From positions 79,362,001 to 79,426,000 of the forward strand of contig CM052817.1 in assembly GCA_028534125.1 (NCBI GenBank): a stretch of DNA of 64,000 nucleotides. The letters run 5' to 3'. Both the position numbers and the translations under genes were made by a program. The stretch comes from Lama glama (taxonomy: Eukaryota). Within the stretch, counting starts at the first letter, position 1; each line of letters begins with the position of its first letter. Of this stretch, positions 1 through 13,340 are shown in pieces. The notes below the pieces were generated by a model. It had not been told where the DNA came from and made no database searches. It saw only the letters and a program-made list of their open reading frames with translations.

Positions 1-92
1 CCTCTGCAAGGAAAGCTCAGGAAACCCCTTCCTCCAGAAAGGCCTCCTCAAGCTCTCTTTAGTTGCTTTCCAATGGGTAACTTTATTGGCTC

Positions 93-445
93 TGTTTTTT
101 TTTTAATATAGTTCCCTGTGCTATACAGTAGAAAATTGCTGTTTATCTATTTTATATATAATAGTTTGCATCTGCTAATTCCAAACTCCTGATTTATCCC
201 TCCCCCACCCCGTTTCCTCTTTGGTAACCAAAAGTTTATTTTCTATGACTGTGAGTCTGTTTCTGTTTTGTAAAAAAGTTCATTTGTGTCATATTTTAGG
301 TTCCACATACAAGTAATATCATATGGTATTTGTCTTTCGCTGTCTGACTTAACTTCACTTAGTATGATAATCTCTAGGTCCATCCATGTTGCTGCAAATG
401 ACATTATTTCATTCTTTTTTGTGGCTCAGTAACATGTATCTATGT
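93..445 (-). mobile_element. L1 3'UTR fragment (camelid/artiodactyl-type)
   Basis: Poly-T start then 'ttccctgtgctatacagtag...tctaggtccatccatgttgctgcaaatgacattatttcattc', the antisense L1 3' end that recurs at about 20 kb and 58.3 kb. Confidence 0.9.
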
Positions 446-448
446 GTA

Positions 449-452
<4 letters not shown>

Positions 453-487
<35 letters not shown>
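453..487. repeat. (TG)n microsatellite
   Basis: Uninterrupted TG run directly visible. Confidence 0.97.
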
Positions 488-490
<3 letters not shown>

Positions 491-504
491 AATACCCCAT
501 TGGT

Positions 505-735
505 ATGGAGGCTGTAGGTCAAAGCCGTGGAAATGGATAAGATGACTCCTGAGAATCACTGAAATGAGGAGAAGAGGAGTCTCAAAAAGAAAGAATAAGT
601 TGGGGAAAAATAAAGATAAGCAAAAGAAGGTGTGTCTTAGAGGCCTTAGGGGGCAAATTGTCAAAGGAAAAGATTGTTCTAAGAAGGAAGGATTGTCAAC
701 AATATTAGGAGTTCCAAAGAAATCCAGTATGATTA
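505..735 (-). mobile_element. L2 fragment
   Basis: 'gttctaagaaggaaggattgtcaacaatattaggagttccaaagaaatccagtatgatta' resembles antisense L2. Confidence 0.5.
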
Positions 736-957
736 AATCCTGCTCAATTCTGATTGGCTGAATCCCCTGCACCTGATTGGACCTGGCCAGTCAAAGGGCA
801 CATGTGCAAGAGCAGGTCACACTCATTATCTCTTATTTTTCTTAAATCGATATTAAACAGTTGGAAAGATAGCAAATGAAATTTCCTTGAAAACACATCT
901 CTTCCTAAAAAGTGGCTGAAAAGAATATGACCCATTTTCTGGTAGTAGCACTATGCA

Positions 958-1420
958 TCAGTCAGACCTCTTTAGATTAAAAGTGACCGGATGAAACCAA
1001 ATCAATTTAAACCAAAAAGGAAATTTGTTGGTCCTCATAATTGAAAGTCTGGGTAAGAGTTTAAGCTCATCTGAACCCAGACACTCAAATCCTGTCATTA
1101 GAGATCTGTCTCCACTTCTCAGCTCTGCTGATCTCACTGCTAACCACGTCGCTGCCAGCTTCTGACCAAGGCATGAGGGAAGTGGCAGCCAGCAGCTCCA
1201 GGTTTACATCCTGTCAGTCCATGAACTCCAGCAAACAGTGGGCACCTCCTTCCCAGCTCCTCTTGTGCATATCCTGGAGCTATATTTTACTTAATGCAAT
1301 GGCAAAATAAGGTGTCCATTTCTGAATTAACCACTGAGTCTGCAGGACTGGGCTTTCCCAAGAGGCTAGGCTTATACCACATGTCCACTCCTGAAACTGG
1401 GGTTGGGTGTGGGGGTCAAC
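958..1420 (-). mobile_element. MaLR solo LTR (MLT1J/K-like)
   Basis: 'aaaccaaatcaatttaaaccaaaaaggaaatttgttggtcctcataattgaaagtc' matches the old MLT1 end motif. Confidence 0.65.
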
Positions 1421-2364
1421 CCCACGAACAGCAGCATCGATACATGTGCTGCATGCCTGTGCTGGGTCAGAGGGTTTTATTTTACAGTTCTGCTCAAGCC
1501 CCGTGTTCTCACCAAGCCTTTGCACATGTGGGTGAGGTGGGCCCCTTTTTACCTAACAGTAGATACTGTTCTTGAAAAGGGGAAAGAGATTATAACTGAC
1601 GTGAAGGAAGTGGCCCCCAACAGGAAAACCAGAGAGACAGCAGAAAAAAGGAAAAGCAAGAAAAAGGAAGCAAACAGTAAAAGAAAGAGAGATTTAAAAA
1701 CAAAAACAAACATAAACAAATATGAGGATCATTAAACAGCTGTAAAGTTAATCACAACATTTGCCCTGACCGATTCCTGTAGAACACACCCTGCTTTGGT
1801 AATAAGCCCCTGAGAATGAGCTGTGTTGACCTGTTCCGGCTCATCCCTGAGGCTGACCTTCTTCTAAGTCTTTTCCTGCTTCCGACTTTCCATCTTCCAT
1901 CCTTTCTTTACTCCTTCCAACTGCTCGCATCTCTACTAACAGCTTCTTCCTTACGTTTGTGGTGACTGTCTTCCACCTTCTTTTTCCTGGTTTGGCTTCA
2001 CCTCTGCACAGCAGAATTTTATTTTGCATTCCTCCAAGGAGAGATGGAAAAGAAAAAGATGACAGAGAACTCTGCCAAGCCACTGGCTTAGTGATTTGAT
2101 TTGCCACGGCTAAGATGGTCTATGCAATTTTCAGGGCCTCTTGTTCAAAATGTATTAAAAACTTCAGGACAGCCGAGCATTAAACGAGGAACCGGGCCCT
2201 TCTAGGGCTGGGCTCTGTGCAGCTGTCAAGGATGTGCTCTCGTGACGCTGACCTGGGGCAGAACTCTGCTTGCTTCCCAATTGCCATCCTTGGACATTCC
2301 TTCACTTTCACTTGGCCATCCTTTTAAGGAAGCCTGGTCCCATCCTCAAATCTGGGAGAGTGAA

Positions 2365-2725
2365 TTAAGCCAATGGTAGAAATCTATTTCCTTTGCCAGC
2401 AACTGGTCGAGGAATGAACATATGATATAGTTCTGGCCAATGAGATCTGATTTCATCTTTGATGAGAAGAGACACAGCAGAAGCAGCAGCTCTTTTCCAG
2501 ACAGTATCATCTGTGCAATACTGTTCATCTGTGCAATGCTGTAACCATCTTGCTAAATGAAGAAAGCTTTACTGAAAGGAGGCAAAGTGAAAAGAAAGAA
2601 GGAACTCATCGATTGGTTACTGAGTTAACTAGCCATGAAGCCTTTGCGTTTTGCGGTTTGTGAAATAATTTTTTTTTAATTAAGCCATTTGGGTTGGGGT
2701 TTTCCTCTAGTAGCTAAAAGGAATT
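2365..2725 (+). mobile_element. MaLR solo LTR (MLT1J-like)
   Basis: 'ttctggccaatgagat', 'accatcttg' and 'ttaagccatttgggttggggttttc...agctaaaagg' motifs. Confidence 0.6.
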
Positions 2726-3239
2726 CAATTTGTATATCTTAGTAGTCAAAGACATTATTACATAAAAGTAAATTCTTACATAAAAATAGGAACAGAAAAA
2801 AATAGACAGAATAAATTGTGGTGCAACACTGAAGGACAAGGCTTCTTGAAAGTACTGCTTCCCCACCGAAGAGACCTAGCTCATATTGGCCACTTTCTCT
2901 TTCTCGTGAGATGTTGAGGCACATACATAGAAAGTCTAGAAACAGGAAGCAAAGCAGCAAAACACAAATGAAATGCAAGCCCAGGTTTCAGAAACTGCTT
3001 TGATAAGAGAAATTTTGATTTATATGTAAGATTTCCTGAGGGTAACATGTGAGTAAAAGCTACCTACCATTCCAGAAGCAGAAACAATAAATCCTCGAAT
3101 GTGCTTTTTTGTGTCACCTTTAAAATTACCACTGTTAAGTGACTTATCTAGCTTCAAGAGCTTACTTACTAGTAGAACAGAGATAAACTAAAGGAAAGTC
3201 TTTCTTGAGATGTCACCAAATAGGATCTGAAGCTGTTTG

Positions 3240-3570
3240 TTATAGTCAGGACTTTGTCTGTTGTAAGTAATAAGAAACCTAAATCAAGCTGACGTAAGCT
3301 TGCATAGTCAAGGAGGACTGAATTCTGGCCCAGCTGGGTCCAGGTTCACACAGTTAAGGCTCTTTCTCCATCCCTTGGCTCTGCGCATCCTTGAGGGATA
3401 TAGTGCTCTGACTGGACGGGTTTCCTCACACACCCTGTCCTGGTGCGAGGAGGAGTTTGTCTACCCCAGCCACCTAGACTGAGAGTGGGGGGAGGGTAGT
3501 TTCTGAAGGAGAACGTGAGTTTTGTCTAAGAAAACTGGAAAGGATTCCAGGCAATCAAAACCAAGTTGCC
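3240..3570 (-). mobile_element. MaLR LTR fragment (MLT1K/L-like)
   Basis: 'tagtcaggactttgtctgttgtaagtaataagaaacctaaatcaagctg' MLT1 terminus. Confidence 0.55.
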
Positions 3571-5464
3571 TGTGTTACTATTGTGCAACAAATAAATGTT
3601 GAAATTTTAGTCTATTAATGGCAAGTATTACAGGAAAGGCAAATGTTACTCAGAAGTCAAAACAAAGAATTCTGAATGGAACACTAATTTATCTTGAAGT
3701 TAAGACTTTTTTCTTAACATACCCGTTAAATTTTGAGAATTAAGATTTTAGTCTTTCGTCTTATCATTCCAAAAACTCATTCTATTTCTAAACTGAAGGG
3801 AATTTGTGAATTCACACATGTCTAATCTGATGTAAATTGAAAAAGGAATGAAATTGAAACCCAGAGACATTATGTATATGACCAAATCAAAATGATGACA
3901 GATTAGAGATAACAAAGTAAGATTCTTAAGTGAAATTATCTGTTATGCTCCATTCAAGTGGTAATTAAAAAGTCCGGACGCAAAGTCACATAAATTGATT
4001 GGGTTCATACCGACATCTCTGACTGCTTGTCAGAAGAGACAGTTTAGTTAAGGAGTTGACTTCATGTATTGGAAAGTAACAATGAGTATCATTCTTCTCT
4101 TTCAAACAGCTTGTACTAAAATCTTCCAGTTACAAGATACTGAAAGAGCAGAGTTACTGGAAATATTCCAGAAAGAGTCCCTGTGAAGTGAAAGGCATAC
4201 TTCAAATTTCAAACGGAGCTTTTTATTTATTGTGAGTTCAGGGATTCACCTTTTTAATAACCAGGCCTCTAGACCTGCACGAGTCTGAGATTGCCTCATT
4301 TTCATTGGCACAAAGACAAAGACATTAATTCCTTGTCCCAGAATAACAAGACATCCTTTATTTCGAATAGAGGTAACTTGAAAACATTGCAATAATTTAT
4401 AGCTACTATGTAATTCTAAGACACCTTGTTATTCCAAAGGCTGAAGAAAAATTAGCTATTTAAGAGGTGGTTTATCTGAGTCAAATTATGGCATTGCTTT
4501 GCAAGGAGTTTTCTTACATCTCATGCAAACCCAACTCCTTTTTAAGTTATCACCTGAGGAGCTGTGCAATGTTACAGTCAGTGCAGATGGTAGGTCTTTG
4601 GAGTGAAGGTCTCCATCCAACAAAAATATATCTAAAAAAAGCCCAATCCACTCAGTATTATCTTTTAATATCTTATTAAGCAGGCTGTATCCGTCACTAG
4701 AACGTACAATAATAGTATGTTACCAAGAGAAAAATATATAACTGAAGCTAAAACTGACTGTGGCCTGTTCTCTCTTATAAGGAAGAGGTGGCGTAACTCA
4801 TTTCATTAGTTATGAAAATCATAACTCTATAAAAAGAAAAATCATTCACAATAAATCTCTGTGTGGCTCTTTTCTCCTCACAGAGACCATGGAGGAGGGA
4901 AGGGGGCAGTGAGACCTGACGCAGGGACCCATCAGTCATAGTCTTTGGCCAGTCAAGACGGGCTTGGTACTGAGTTGGGGGATAGAAGTTAGAGCTGCAG
5001 AGTTGGCTCCCACCCCATCAACAGTAGGAAAACCCATTGTTATTGTTGCTTTTTAGTTGTTTGTGGCAACCAAAGAGGGAGGCAGAGCCACAGCTAGGCA
5101 ACCTGGTGGGGAGTGAGAGACAGTGAAACAAAGAAAGTCTAACATTATGTTTTCAGTTGTCTGTCCTAGAAACCTGTGATGTAGCCTTTTCCCCATTCCT
5201 TGGAACCATTAGTGAAAATGGGCTGTACATCAAAATGCATCAGTTTTTTTGAGGGGGAGGGTGTGAGTGGAATTCAATGAAAAACAGCCTGAGTTCCACG
5301 TCTAAGGTTGTGTGAATCACAGAAATGGAGACAAGACACCAGTGAGACTGAGAGCTCTGTGGAGCAGGAATTCAGAGTCACAAATAGAGCCCAAGGTTGG
5401 CACAGAAATTCTGGGGAGGAAATGGGACGGTGGCTTCAGTTGACATCTAGGTTACTAAGATACT

Positions 5465-5700
5465 AATAATTACAAATATGTATTGAGAATAGATCTTGGA
5501 CAAAGAGCTTACATGTCTTGCTCTTTTGTTTGTTCATTCCCCCCACAATTCTATATGGTTTTAATCAAATCACTTTTCCTCTTTGAAATGAAGAAACTGA
5601 GGCATTGAAATGTTAAGTAACTTGCCTAAGGTCATAAATGCTGAAACTAAACAGAGAACAGAGAACTGCAAGATACAAAAGCCCATATTTTTAACCAGCA
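5465..5700 (-). mobile_element. MIR SINE
   Basis: Core 'atgaagaaactgaggcattgaaatgttaagtaacttgcctaaggtca'. Confidence 0.85.
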
Positions 5701-6029
5701 ACTTACACTACATTTCCAGGGTCCCCATCAGCCCCACAGTACTGGTTGGACTGGTTGGCACTCTTAGACCCACACTCCTTTCCTTTAGTATAAATAATTA
5801 AGGGCTGCTTTTACATGCTGCTCCAAATTCCTAGCTCTTTTCAGTTTTAAAAGAAATTACTGTTATCAATAACAGTTATTGATTATCTAGTTTGTATGTG
5901 TGAGAATTATAATCAAGCTGGATTAAAAAGTATTAAAATAGAAATAAAAAGCAGTATATTGACAGTCCAAACTAAAAACCAAAAGGCTTAGCTAATGTGG
6001 GGTACCATAAAGTTATGGAGAAAGATATT

Positions 6030-6220
6030 GTGAGATTCCCGGGTCAGCTCCTCAGAAGCTGTGTGGGTTTGGGCAAGTCAGTTAACTTCCCTCACTCGCA
6101 ACTGCCCATCGGCAATATGGAAATGGTCATAGCTTCACCCACCATTGACGTGAGTCTTCAGTGAGATGACAAATGGCAAACTGCTTTGTAAACTGTAAAG
6201 GTTTACATCAGTTTTAGTTA
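6030..6220 (+). mobile_element. MIR SINE
   Basis: Core 'gctgtgtgggtttgggcaagtcagttaacttccctc' and tail 'ctgctttgtaaactgtaaag'. Confidence 0.75.
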
Positions 6221-6499
6221 TTTTAAAGTTCAAGTGCAAACATGACTGTCCCCCAGATATTTAAAAACAGCTCATCTTCTACATCGAAGGTCAAAGGCCA
6301 GAAGATAAGACTATAACCAGCAAGTTCAACTGAGACACCACTTTTACCCTGTCACTTATGTGGCGAGAGTTATTGGCAGGAAAGCAGGCAGCAATTGTAG
6401 CAAAGAGCATTAGTGCCAGCAAGGAGCGAGAGAAGAGCAAATACAGTCAACCCAAACCCTATCCTCTCCCTCACACCATCCTCTCCTCTGTTTGTTATG

Positions 6500-7170
6500 G
6501 AACCAGGCAGTTTTACACCCTGGATATTTCTCAGATACACCCTTTCTTCCACGCCATCACCTCTGCCTTCCTGCAGGTGCTCGTGGCCTCTTGACTGGGT
6601 GTTGCACCAGCCCATCAATCCAATTCTCACAACAAAGATTTTTGTTTTTCTAAAATACAAGTGTGATCATGTCACACTCCAGCTTAAATCCCCAGATTGC
6701 CTCCCCGATGGCTGGGTAAAGTGTAAAGTCGAAGCTCAGCAGACCCTTCACAATCAGCTTTTCCCTGTTAGAGCTTCTCCAGTTGCACCTGACAGTCCAA
6801 CTTGACTCTGTCTTGCTCTTCAAATAAGCCACAATCAAAGCCATACCTTTGCACTTGCTCTTCCACTTTCTTCTGATGATTTTTCACCCAGCCCTCAAGA
6901 CTCAGTGCAAGAGCAGCCTCTTCTCCACAGCCTTCTTCCCAATCTTCCCCCATCCTGTTATTGCACCCCACACACTCGGAGGAACCTACCCCACCCACTA
7001 ACACATTATGTGTGTGCCTCTTACAGCATTTCCCACAAGCAGTGTCATTATTTACTTTTCTGTGTCCCCCACTAGACTGCGAACTCCCTGAGGGTAGAGA
7101 TTTCCTCACATTTGAATCTCTGAACCTAGTACATAACAGCTCCTTAATCAGCATTGAGTGAATAAATGTA
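6500..7170 (+). mobile_element. L2 3' fragment
   Basis: 'ttttctaaaatacaagtgtgatcatgtcacactcc', 'ccactagactgcgaactccctgagggtagaga' and terminal 'gagtgaataaatg'. Confidence 0.85.
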
Positions 7171-8999
7171 TTGACACTGACTTAAAAGATTCTCACATTA
7201 GTGGTTTTTAAAATGATTGCATTAGCAATATATTATAGAAGCACAGCTTGCTTGTAATTTTCTGTCTCATGTACTCAGCATGGAATTTTTTTTCAATCAG
7301 AATAACTGAAGTTGTAATCATTGAAAAGAGGTGACACGAGCTAAATGGATGCTTATGCTTAGAAAAATGTAAGAGAGGGCAGTGATTAACAAAAAATCCC
7401 AACAAGACATTTCTTTATCCTCATTTTCATGTCAAATCTCCTTATCTTGGAACCTGCAGTAAAGTTTTGACTCTATTAATTGTGACATTACTGGCTGCTG
7501 CTGTCAACTTCAGGGCAATGTCAAAAATGCTGACCTGTGAAAACCAGCAGGGGTGAAGGAGCATGGAAAATGGAATGTTTTAGTATGAGAAACTCTCTAA
7601 AGGAAGAAACCCAGTGCCCAGAGACCATTATCTGGTAAAGACATTTGTCTGACTGTGGGTATAAGCCAAAAGCATTTCATTTATAGTGGGCAGGGTAGAG
7701 GCAGTCAGAGCAAGATAACTATTTTAGCTGCTTTCTCTGTGTAATGGCAATTCTATAGGAAAAATAAGAAAGATACATTATTCAGTGACTCACCCTCTAT
7801 GAAGCCATAATTTATAGTAGACTAAGTAATGACACTGAGAGGGCATGACTCCCAAATTGGCCTGGCCTTCTTTACCAGTGGGTTTTTTTTAAAGGGAAAC
7901 TGGTAGTTTTTTTTTTTTTTTAAAGGAAAAGGCTTCCGTAAGTAGTGTATTGTACTGAAGCTGACAAGTAAAATCATACTTTCTTATGAAGGCAAGAATT
8001 ATTGCTCTTTTTAAAAGGATGGAGGAGACCTGATGATGAAAGGGCAGGGCACCTGATGTCTCTTCCCTGTCGTCAGCCTTCAGGACTCTAGCCTGTGCCC
8101 TCATCACCCTGGGACTGGACCACTGCACCTGCTTCAGAAACCTCCTGTCATCCCAGCCCACATCACTGGTCCAGCCTTTACTGGGCCACCTAGTTCCAAA
8201 CAAGTTTACTTTGTAGCACCGGGCACAAGATGCTCTAAGCATCTCTCACTGAATGTTGTGGGGCTTCTCAGATGCGTCAAGGTGGGATGCCTGTGGGACT
8301 CTGGGACTCACACTTGTGACCTGAGAGTGTGTTTGCCTGGGGACAGGGTAACAAAATTCCCCTCTCTGCCATCCCTTGGGTAGATAGATCTGAGGCTCTT
8401 TCTACACGATTCCATAGGTGGTGCCATTGGCATCAAGCCCCAGTTGCCCACAGTGGAGACCAACTAGGCAACACACCATTAAACTGGATAATACGTAAAT
8501 ATCACCTGCTTTTTCACCCTCCCTGGGTGGTATTTTCCATCTTATTTCCTAGGACAAAAATCCAGGATCTCCTGGTCTAGTAATAGTAAGAGATTGTAGG
8601 GAGAAAAAAGACAAATAAGAAAAATATGGTTAAAAAGATTACAAAGATATTATTTTTCAGGTCTCTCCCATCTTTTCAATATCTTCCTACCATTGTCAGC
8701 TAGCCCCATTTTTACCATGTCAGTTCTCTACAAAGAAGCCAACAATAGCTTCCAGTTTACTTTCTTTGGTATCTGGTCTGAACTTGTCTTCTCTTCTCCA
8801 GCTGTCCTTCAAGTTAGTGTCAATATCCTTGAAGTAAGGGAGAATATAGGGTACCAAAAATTGGGGTAATATTAAGAGAAGGAAATGGGACTAAGGACGT
8901 GACCAGAAATAGCCATTCAAGTTTGCCACCATGATACGCTCTTCTTACGTCCTTCACGGGACCTCCTGCAGCAGAAGCAGTGCCTGGTTCAATAACAGA

Positions 9000-9352
9000 A
9001 GTTTGTCTTGAGTACACAGATAAACTACATTTCCCAGCTCCTTGCAGCCATCTGTCTGTGTTCTGGACAATGGAATGTGAGCAGAGTGATTTACACCTCA
9101 GCGAGCCTTGGCCCATAAAAATCTTCCATCCTGTCCTCTGTTTACTCTTCTTCTGTGGCAACCTTGGGAATTACACATGGAAGATGATGACATCAAAAGA
9201 TGGATAAGCTAAGGGCTCTAAATGGTTGGATGGAGATGAATCCTTTATTCTCCCCCCCCCCGCCACCCCCATCACATTAAATTGGGATGTAAATGAATAA
9301 TTAAGGTTTATTGTGTTAAAGCCTCTGAGATTCGAGGTTGTTTGCTATGGCA
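9000..9352 (+). mobile_element. MaLR solo LTR (MLT1H/I-like)
   Basis: 'actacatttcccagctccttgcag', 'ttctggacaatggaatgtgagcaga', 'ttgtgttaaagcctctgagattcgaggttgtttgctatggca'. Confidence 0.7.
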
Positions 9353-9662
9353 ATGAATAGTGCTATTTACCAGCCTGCCTTCCTCAGTATTGTGCATACG
9401 AATTCTATTACCTAAAATGAGTACTTTCTTCCCTCTGTTTTTCTAATCAAAATCCTACCAATGTGTGAAAATCCACCTGAGGGTCCTACCCAATCCACAC
9501 ACTTTCTGATGACCACTACAGCTCATGGTGACCTATCTATTCCCCTAACTCCTAGGGGACTATTGTCCTATTTGGACCTTAAATAAGTACTGCTTTACTT
9601 TACTTTTTGGCTTTTCATGTGCTACTTGCCCAACTAGATTATAAATTACCAGCTGTAGAAGA

Positions 9663-9663
<1 letters not shown>

Positions 9664-9716
<53 letters not shown>
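9664..9716. repeat. (ATT)n microsatellite, about 17 units
   Basis: Perfect trinucleotide run directly visible. Confidence 0.97.
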
Positions 9717-12467
9717 GCCCCCAAAACAATTATCAGCAGTCTATATATGTGGTACACCAGGAATGAAAAGTCAGAAGTCATAAGAGGCTTACAGATGTTC
9801 TATAAATATCATTGTATGATTCTAGCTTGGTTTAAATATAAGAATTCAACCCCAGTGATTCTGGCTCATAGGCACAACAATGAATTCTCTGAGGATAAAA
9901 TTAATTCCTATATATAAATGAGTTGTTCAGAAATACATTTAATTTGCCTTTTTCCCCAAGAGCTAATTACTGTTAGCATTTCCTCACCCTCTCCAATAAA
10001 AGCACATTGAACAATATCCCAAATTGTGAAAGGAAGAATTAGTATGTGAGATCTCTTTGAAAGTCCCCACACCACTGATTTTCTTGGCCCACATTTAGCT
10101 TCTCATTTAAAAGAAAGTCAGCAGGTTTAGTACCATGTGTGCTGGATTTTATGAGTCTACTTTTTCAATAATACTAACAACAACAAAATAATAATAGTAA
10201 ATATTTCTTTATGTTCCTGAATTTCCTTTCTGACCCTAAATGTTAAACAGTTACATCCATCTTTTTTTCCTCTTTCTTTTTCTAATGGTGATGGAAGAAA
10301 AAGCTGCTAAAGTTTATCATGTCAGGTAGCCATGACTTACTTTGCAATTCAGCAAAGGGGTTTGGGAATAACTGTTTTAAGGGTAAGGATTAAGAACTGG
10401 AACCAAGAACACATTCACAAATCTTATACAAGCTACTATTTGAAGATGCTGGAAAACATTTTAAACCGGAAAATAAAAAGGTGCCTGTAAATTTAGATGC
10501 TGTTGAAATGTACCAGTTCAATAGTGCAGGTACCTCTGACTCCCCCTGTTCCCGGGCTTGGTGCTAGCAATTTGCTTTTCTGTCCAGTCAATGCACTTTC
10601 GTTTTGAGCTGGAGAGAATACTCTGCAGTTGTACAGTTCATGCCCTCCAGGCTTTAGTTTCTTTTCCATTGAAACCCCTTGTATAGAGATCAGTGTCTGC
10701 TGGCTGTACCAGTGTTTCTAACAATCACACAGCATTCAGTCTCATCCTTTTCAAGTCCTGAGTGCAGCATGTTAATGATGAAGGGTAAATTTTCTAGCCT
10801 TTCAAGAAATAGCTCGAAATGACACAGCATCATGAGACAAAACTCTAAAAAGCAAAGAAACATTTTTATGGGCAGTCTATCACCATTGCATTTTAATTTC
10901 TTAGCAGCCATAATTTAACCTCTGGTTGCCAGGAAGGAAAGACAAGAACTAGGATATAAATACACTGGTTCAAATATTTTCCTCTTCTAATGTGAGAATT
11001 GCCTTTTAATAAGTGGTTGAAGTTTTTTTTTGTTTTTTGTTTTTTGGGTTTTTTTTAATATAGCCACCATTAAAGATTTTCCACACAGGTTTTCAAACTG
11101 TTTCTCAAAGCCACAGGTTTTCCATGGTAGTAGCTCAGGGCTGCCAGAATTGGGGCTGTGTGTACAGGGTGCTTTTCTTTCCCCCTCCTACCCTAGTAGT
11201 TTTGCTTTTTATGTTTTACATTTGCATTTCTGTGTAAGATTTACAAGTAAAAAAAATGGATTCTGAGGGGAAAAAATTCTAAAATCCCTGAATGATGGAA
11301 TCATGGAGACATTTATTTTCTTTCAATCAAAGCGAATCATTGTTCCATATTGAGATACAAAATGTCAGGTTTCAGGAATGTGTGGAGGGTATTTGCCTGG
11401 GATCTACTCCCCTTTCCTAGTAGCACCCTGGTTTCCTTTTGGGGAATTAACCTCTTTCCTACTGAATATGATGCTGGTGGATGGTGAATCCAGGGACTTC
11501 CCTCCACAGGAGCTGAAGGGACCTCATCCTTCCTCTCAAAGACCCAGGACAGCAAGGGCTGTGCTCCTTCAATCAGATGGTCTCTGACTCTGGAGGGACA
11601 CAACAAAGGAACAGTGCCTTTATGCATTTCATCGGTGGCACCCTGATCTGTTAGGAGATCTTGCTAGGGTCCCTCCTTCTTGTTCTCCCAGAGCTGCCCT
11701 GGCGCCTGCGCATTTCCAAGGCAGATTGTTCTGCCTCCTGGCAACTTAGTGGCCCCTTGATAATCCTTTTACCTACATGTGTTTTTTGCAGTGTGTCTTC
11801 ATTTTCCTTGCTGTGGGGCTAGCCCTTAGACTGCCTTACCATAACCCTCCACTGGAATTTGGCTACTGGCTGATCCTTGGGATGGGTCTTTCTCTTCTTA
11901 CAAGGGCTTTGGTGGCCCACTTACTCTCTGTCCCTCTCTTCTTCAGTACATACACCCACCCCTCTCCCTGTTTTTTGTTTGCTCCTCTGTTATGCTGATA
12001 TCCACCTGTGTTCCTGATTCTCTACACAGTATGAGTTACCCCAGCAACCATATGAAAGTATGTAGACCTCAGTTGTTGTCTGGAGAGTCAGGAACACCTG
12101 CTACCAAGGTGAAAGCAGAGAAAATCAGAAACAACAGGGATGTCAGGAACCTGGAGTGTCACAACACAGACTGAGAGGCAGCAGGTATTAGAGAAGGGGT
12201 AGGGAAAAGGCACAAAATCCAGACACAAGGAATTTAGGATCAGGTGCCACTATAATGAGAAATTATTCTGAGGTAATGTCTAGTTTGCACAGGGGTTCTT
12301 TGTGTTCTGCGCCAGAATGGGGATTGCTCTGGTCAGGGTGCCTAATGGCCCCCCCACCAAAGAAAACAATATGGATTTTTATACAAATTCTATTTGTCTT
12401 CATGAAGGCAGTCTTCCATTTTATTAACACAATGGAGACAATACGACCTTCTCAATATATTTTTAAA

Positions 12468-12655
12468 ATAATAATAGCTGTCACTTATTGAGGGCTTACT
12501 TTACGCCACGGTCTTTGGTAAAGCGCTTTGAGTAATAACGAGAATTGAGACTGAGGGAAGTTAAAAAACTTGCCCAAGATGACACCCCAAGTAAATGGTA
12601 AAGCTGAGATTTGAGCTCATCTTTGTCAACTCAGAGACCATGTTCTTGATCATTG
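12468..12655 (-). mobile_element. MIR SINE
   Basis: 'ataataatagctgtcacttattgagggcttact' and 'gagactgagggaagttaaaaaacttgcccaagatgacac'. Confidence 0.8.
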
Positions 12656-12834
12656 AGCGTCCTTCCTCTAAATGCCATTAATTGGACGGCGTTCTGGAAG
12701 ATACGCGTTAGCTTTGTCTTCCAACTCCAAGCTTCCTACCTGGAACTTAAAGAGGAGTTCAATAAATTCGTGTTGAACAAACACGTTTGAAGGAGCGTGT
12801 TAGCTCAGCGCTCACCCGTTAATCTAACAACGGA

Positions 12835-13340
12835 CTCAGTGGCCACTGTTTGCCCAGAACGGCACAGCTTTCCTCTGGGAAATGCCCCTTCGTCTCCTCC
12901 CACCATATGCAAATAGGAGCTGCCCTTTCCCTACAGATCCCACTCTCGTGCCTCCTCTGATTGGCCCCGGTGGCCCTGCTTAGAGCTGATTGGAACAGGT
13001 TTGAGCCCAGCAACACAGGCCGAGCCAATCAGAGTCCGCCCCTCTGATCTTTCAACTGGGACCATAGTCTCAGTCTCCCTCTGGTGGTGAAACGAGGAGA
13101 TGTTTGGCGTAAGTGCAGCTGGTGTTTCTACGTTAGGTCTGGGAATTTAAAGTTGATCCGTAGTCAGAAACCGCGGAATTGCGAGAGAGAAACCACAAGG
13201 AGCAAAGGAGAGATAGTAAGAATGGCAGAGTTTGAGCTCTAGTATCAAGCTGTTCTCAGGTACCGTTTCCATTCTTGCCTTCACATCCCCTTGCCAACTA
13301 GTGGGATTTAGTCACTTCCCACCAAAATAGTTCTGACCAA
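12835..13340 (+). mobile_element. ERVL solo LTR (LTR16-like)
   Basis: 'gctgattgg...ggccgagccaatcagagtcc' and 'gagtttgagctctagtatcaagctgttc' resemble the LTR16 group; subfamily and edges uncertain. Confidence 0.55.
12907..13114 (+). promoter_or_regulatory. Candidate LTR-derived promoter: octamer + 3 CCAAT + GC box + splice donor
   Basis: ATGCAAAT 12907-12914; ATTGG 12960 and 12989; CCAAT 13025; CCGCCCC 13036-13042; GTAAGT 13109-13114; locally high CpG. Confidence 0.4.

Noticed and set aside
440..772. ORFs with HTHTHT or CVCVCV runs (also at 36868, 40901 and 40932)
   Set aside because: Translations of (CA)n/(TG)n microsatellites
750..780. Two ATTGG boxes 23 bp apart
   Set aside because: No CpG enrichment or other core promoter elements; lies between repeats
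1403..1735. Lys/Arg-rich ORF resembling a nuclear protein tail
   Set aside because: Produced by an A-rich low-complexity tract at about 1620-1720; non-ATG start
6358..7161. Cluster of overlapping ORFs on both strands
   Set aside because: Largely overlaps an L2 fossil; pyrimidine/purine skew reduces stop frequency
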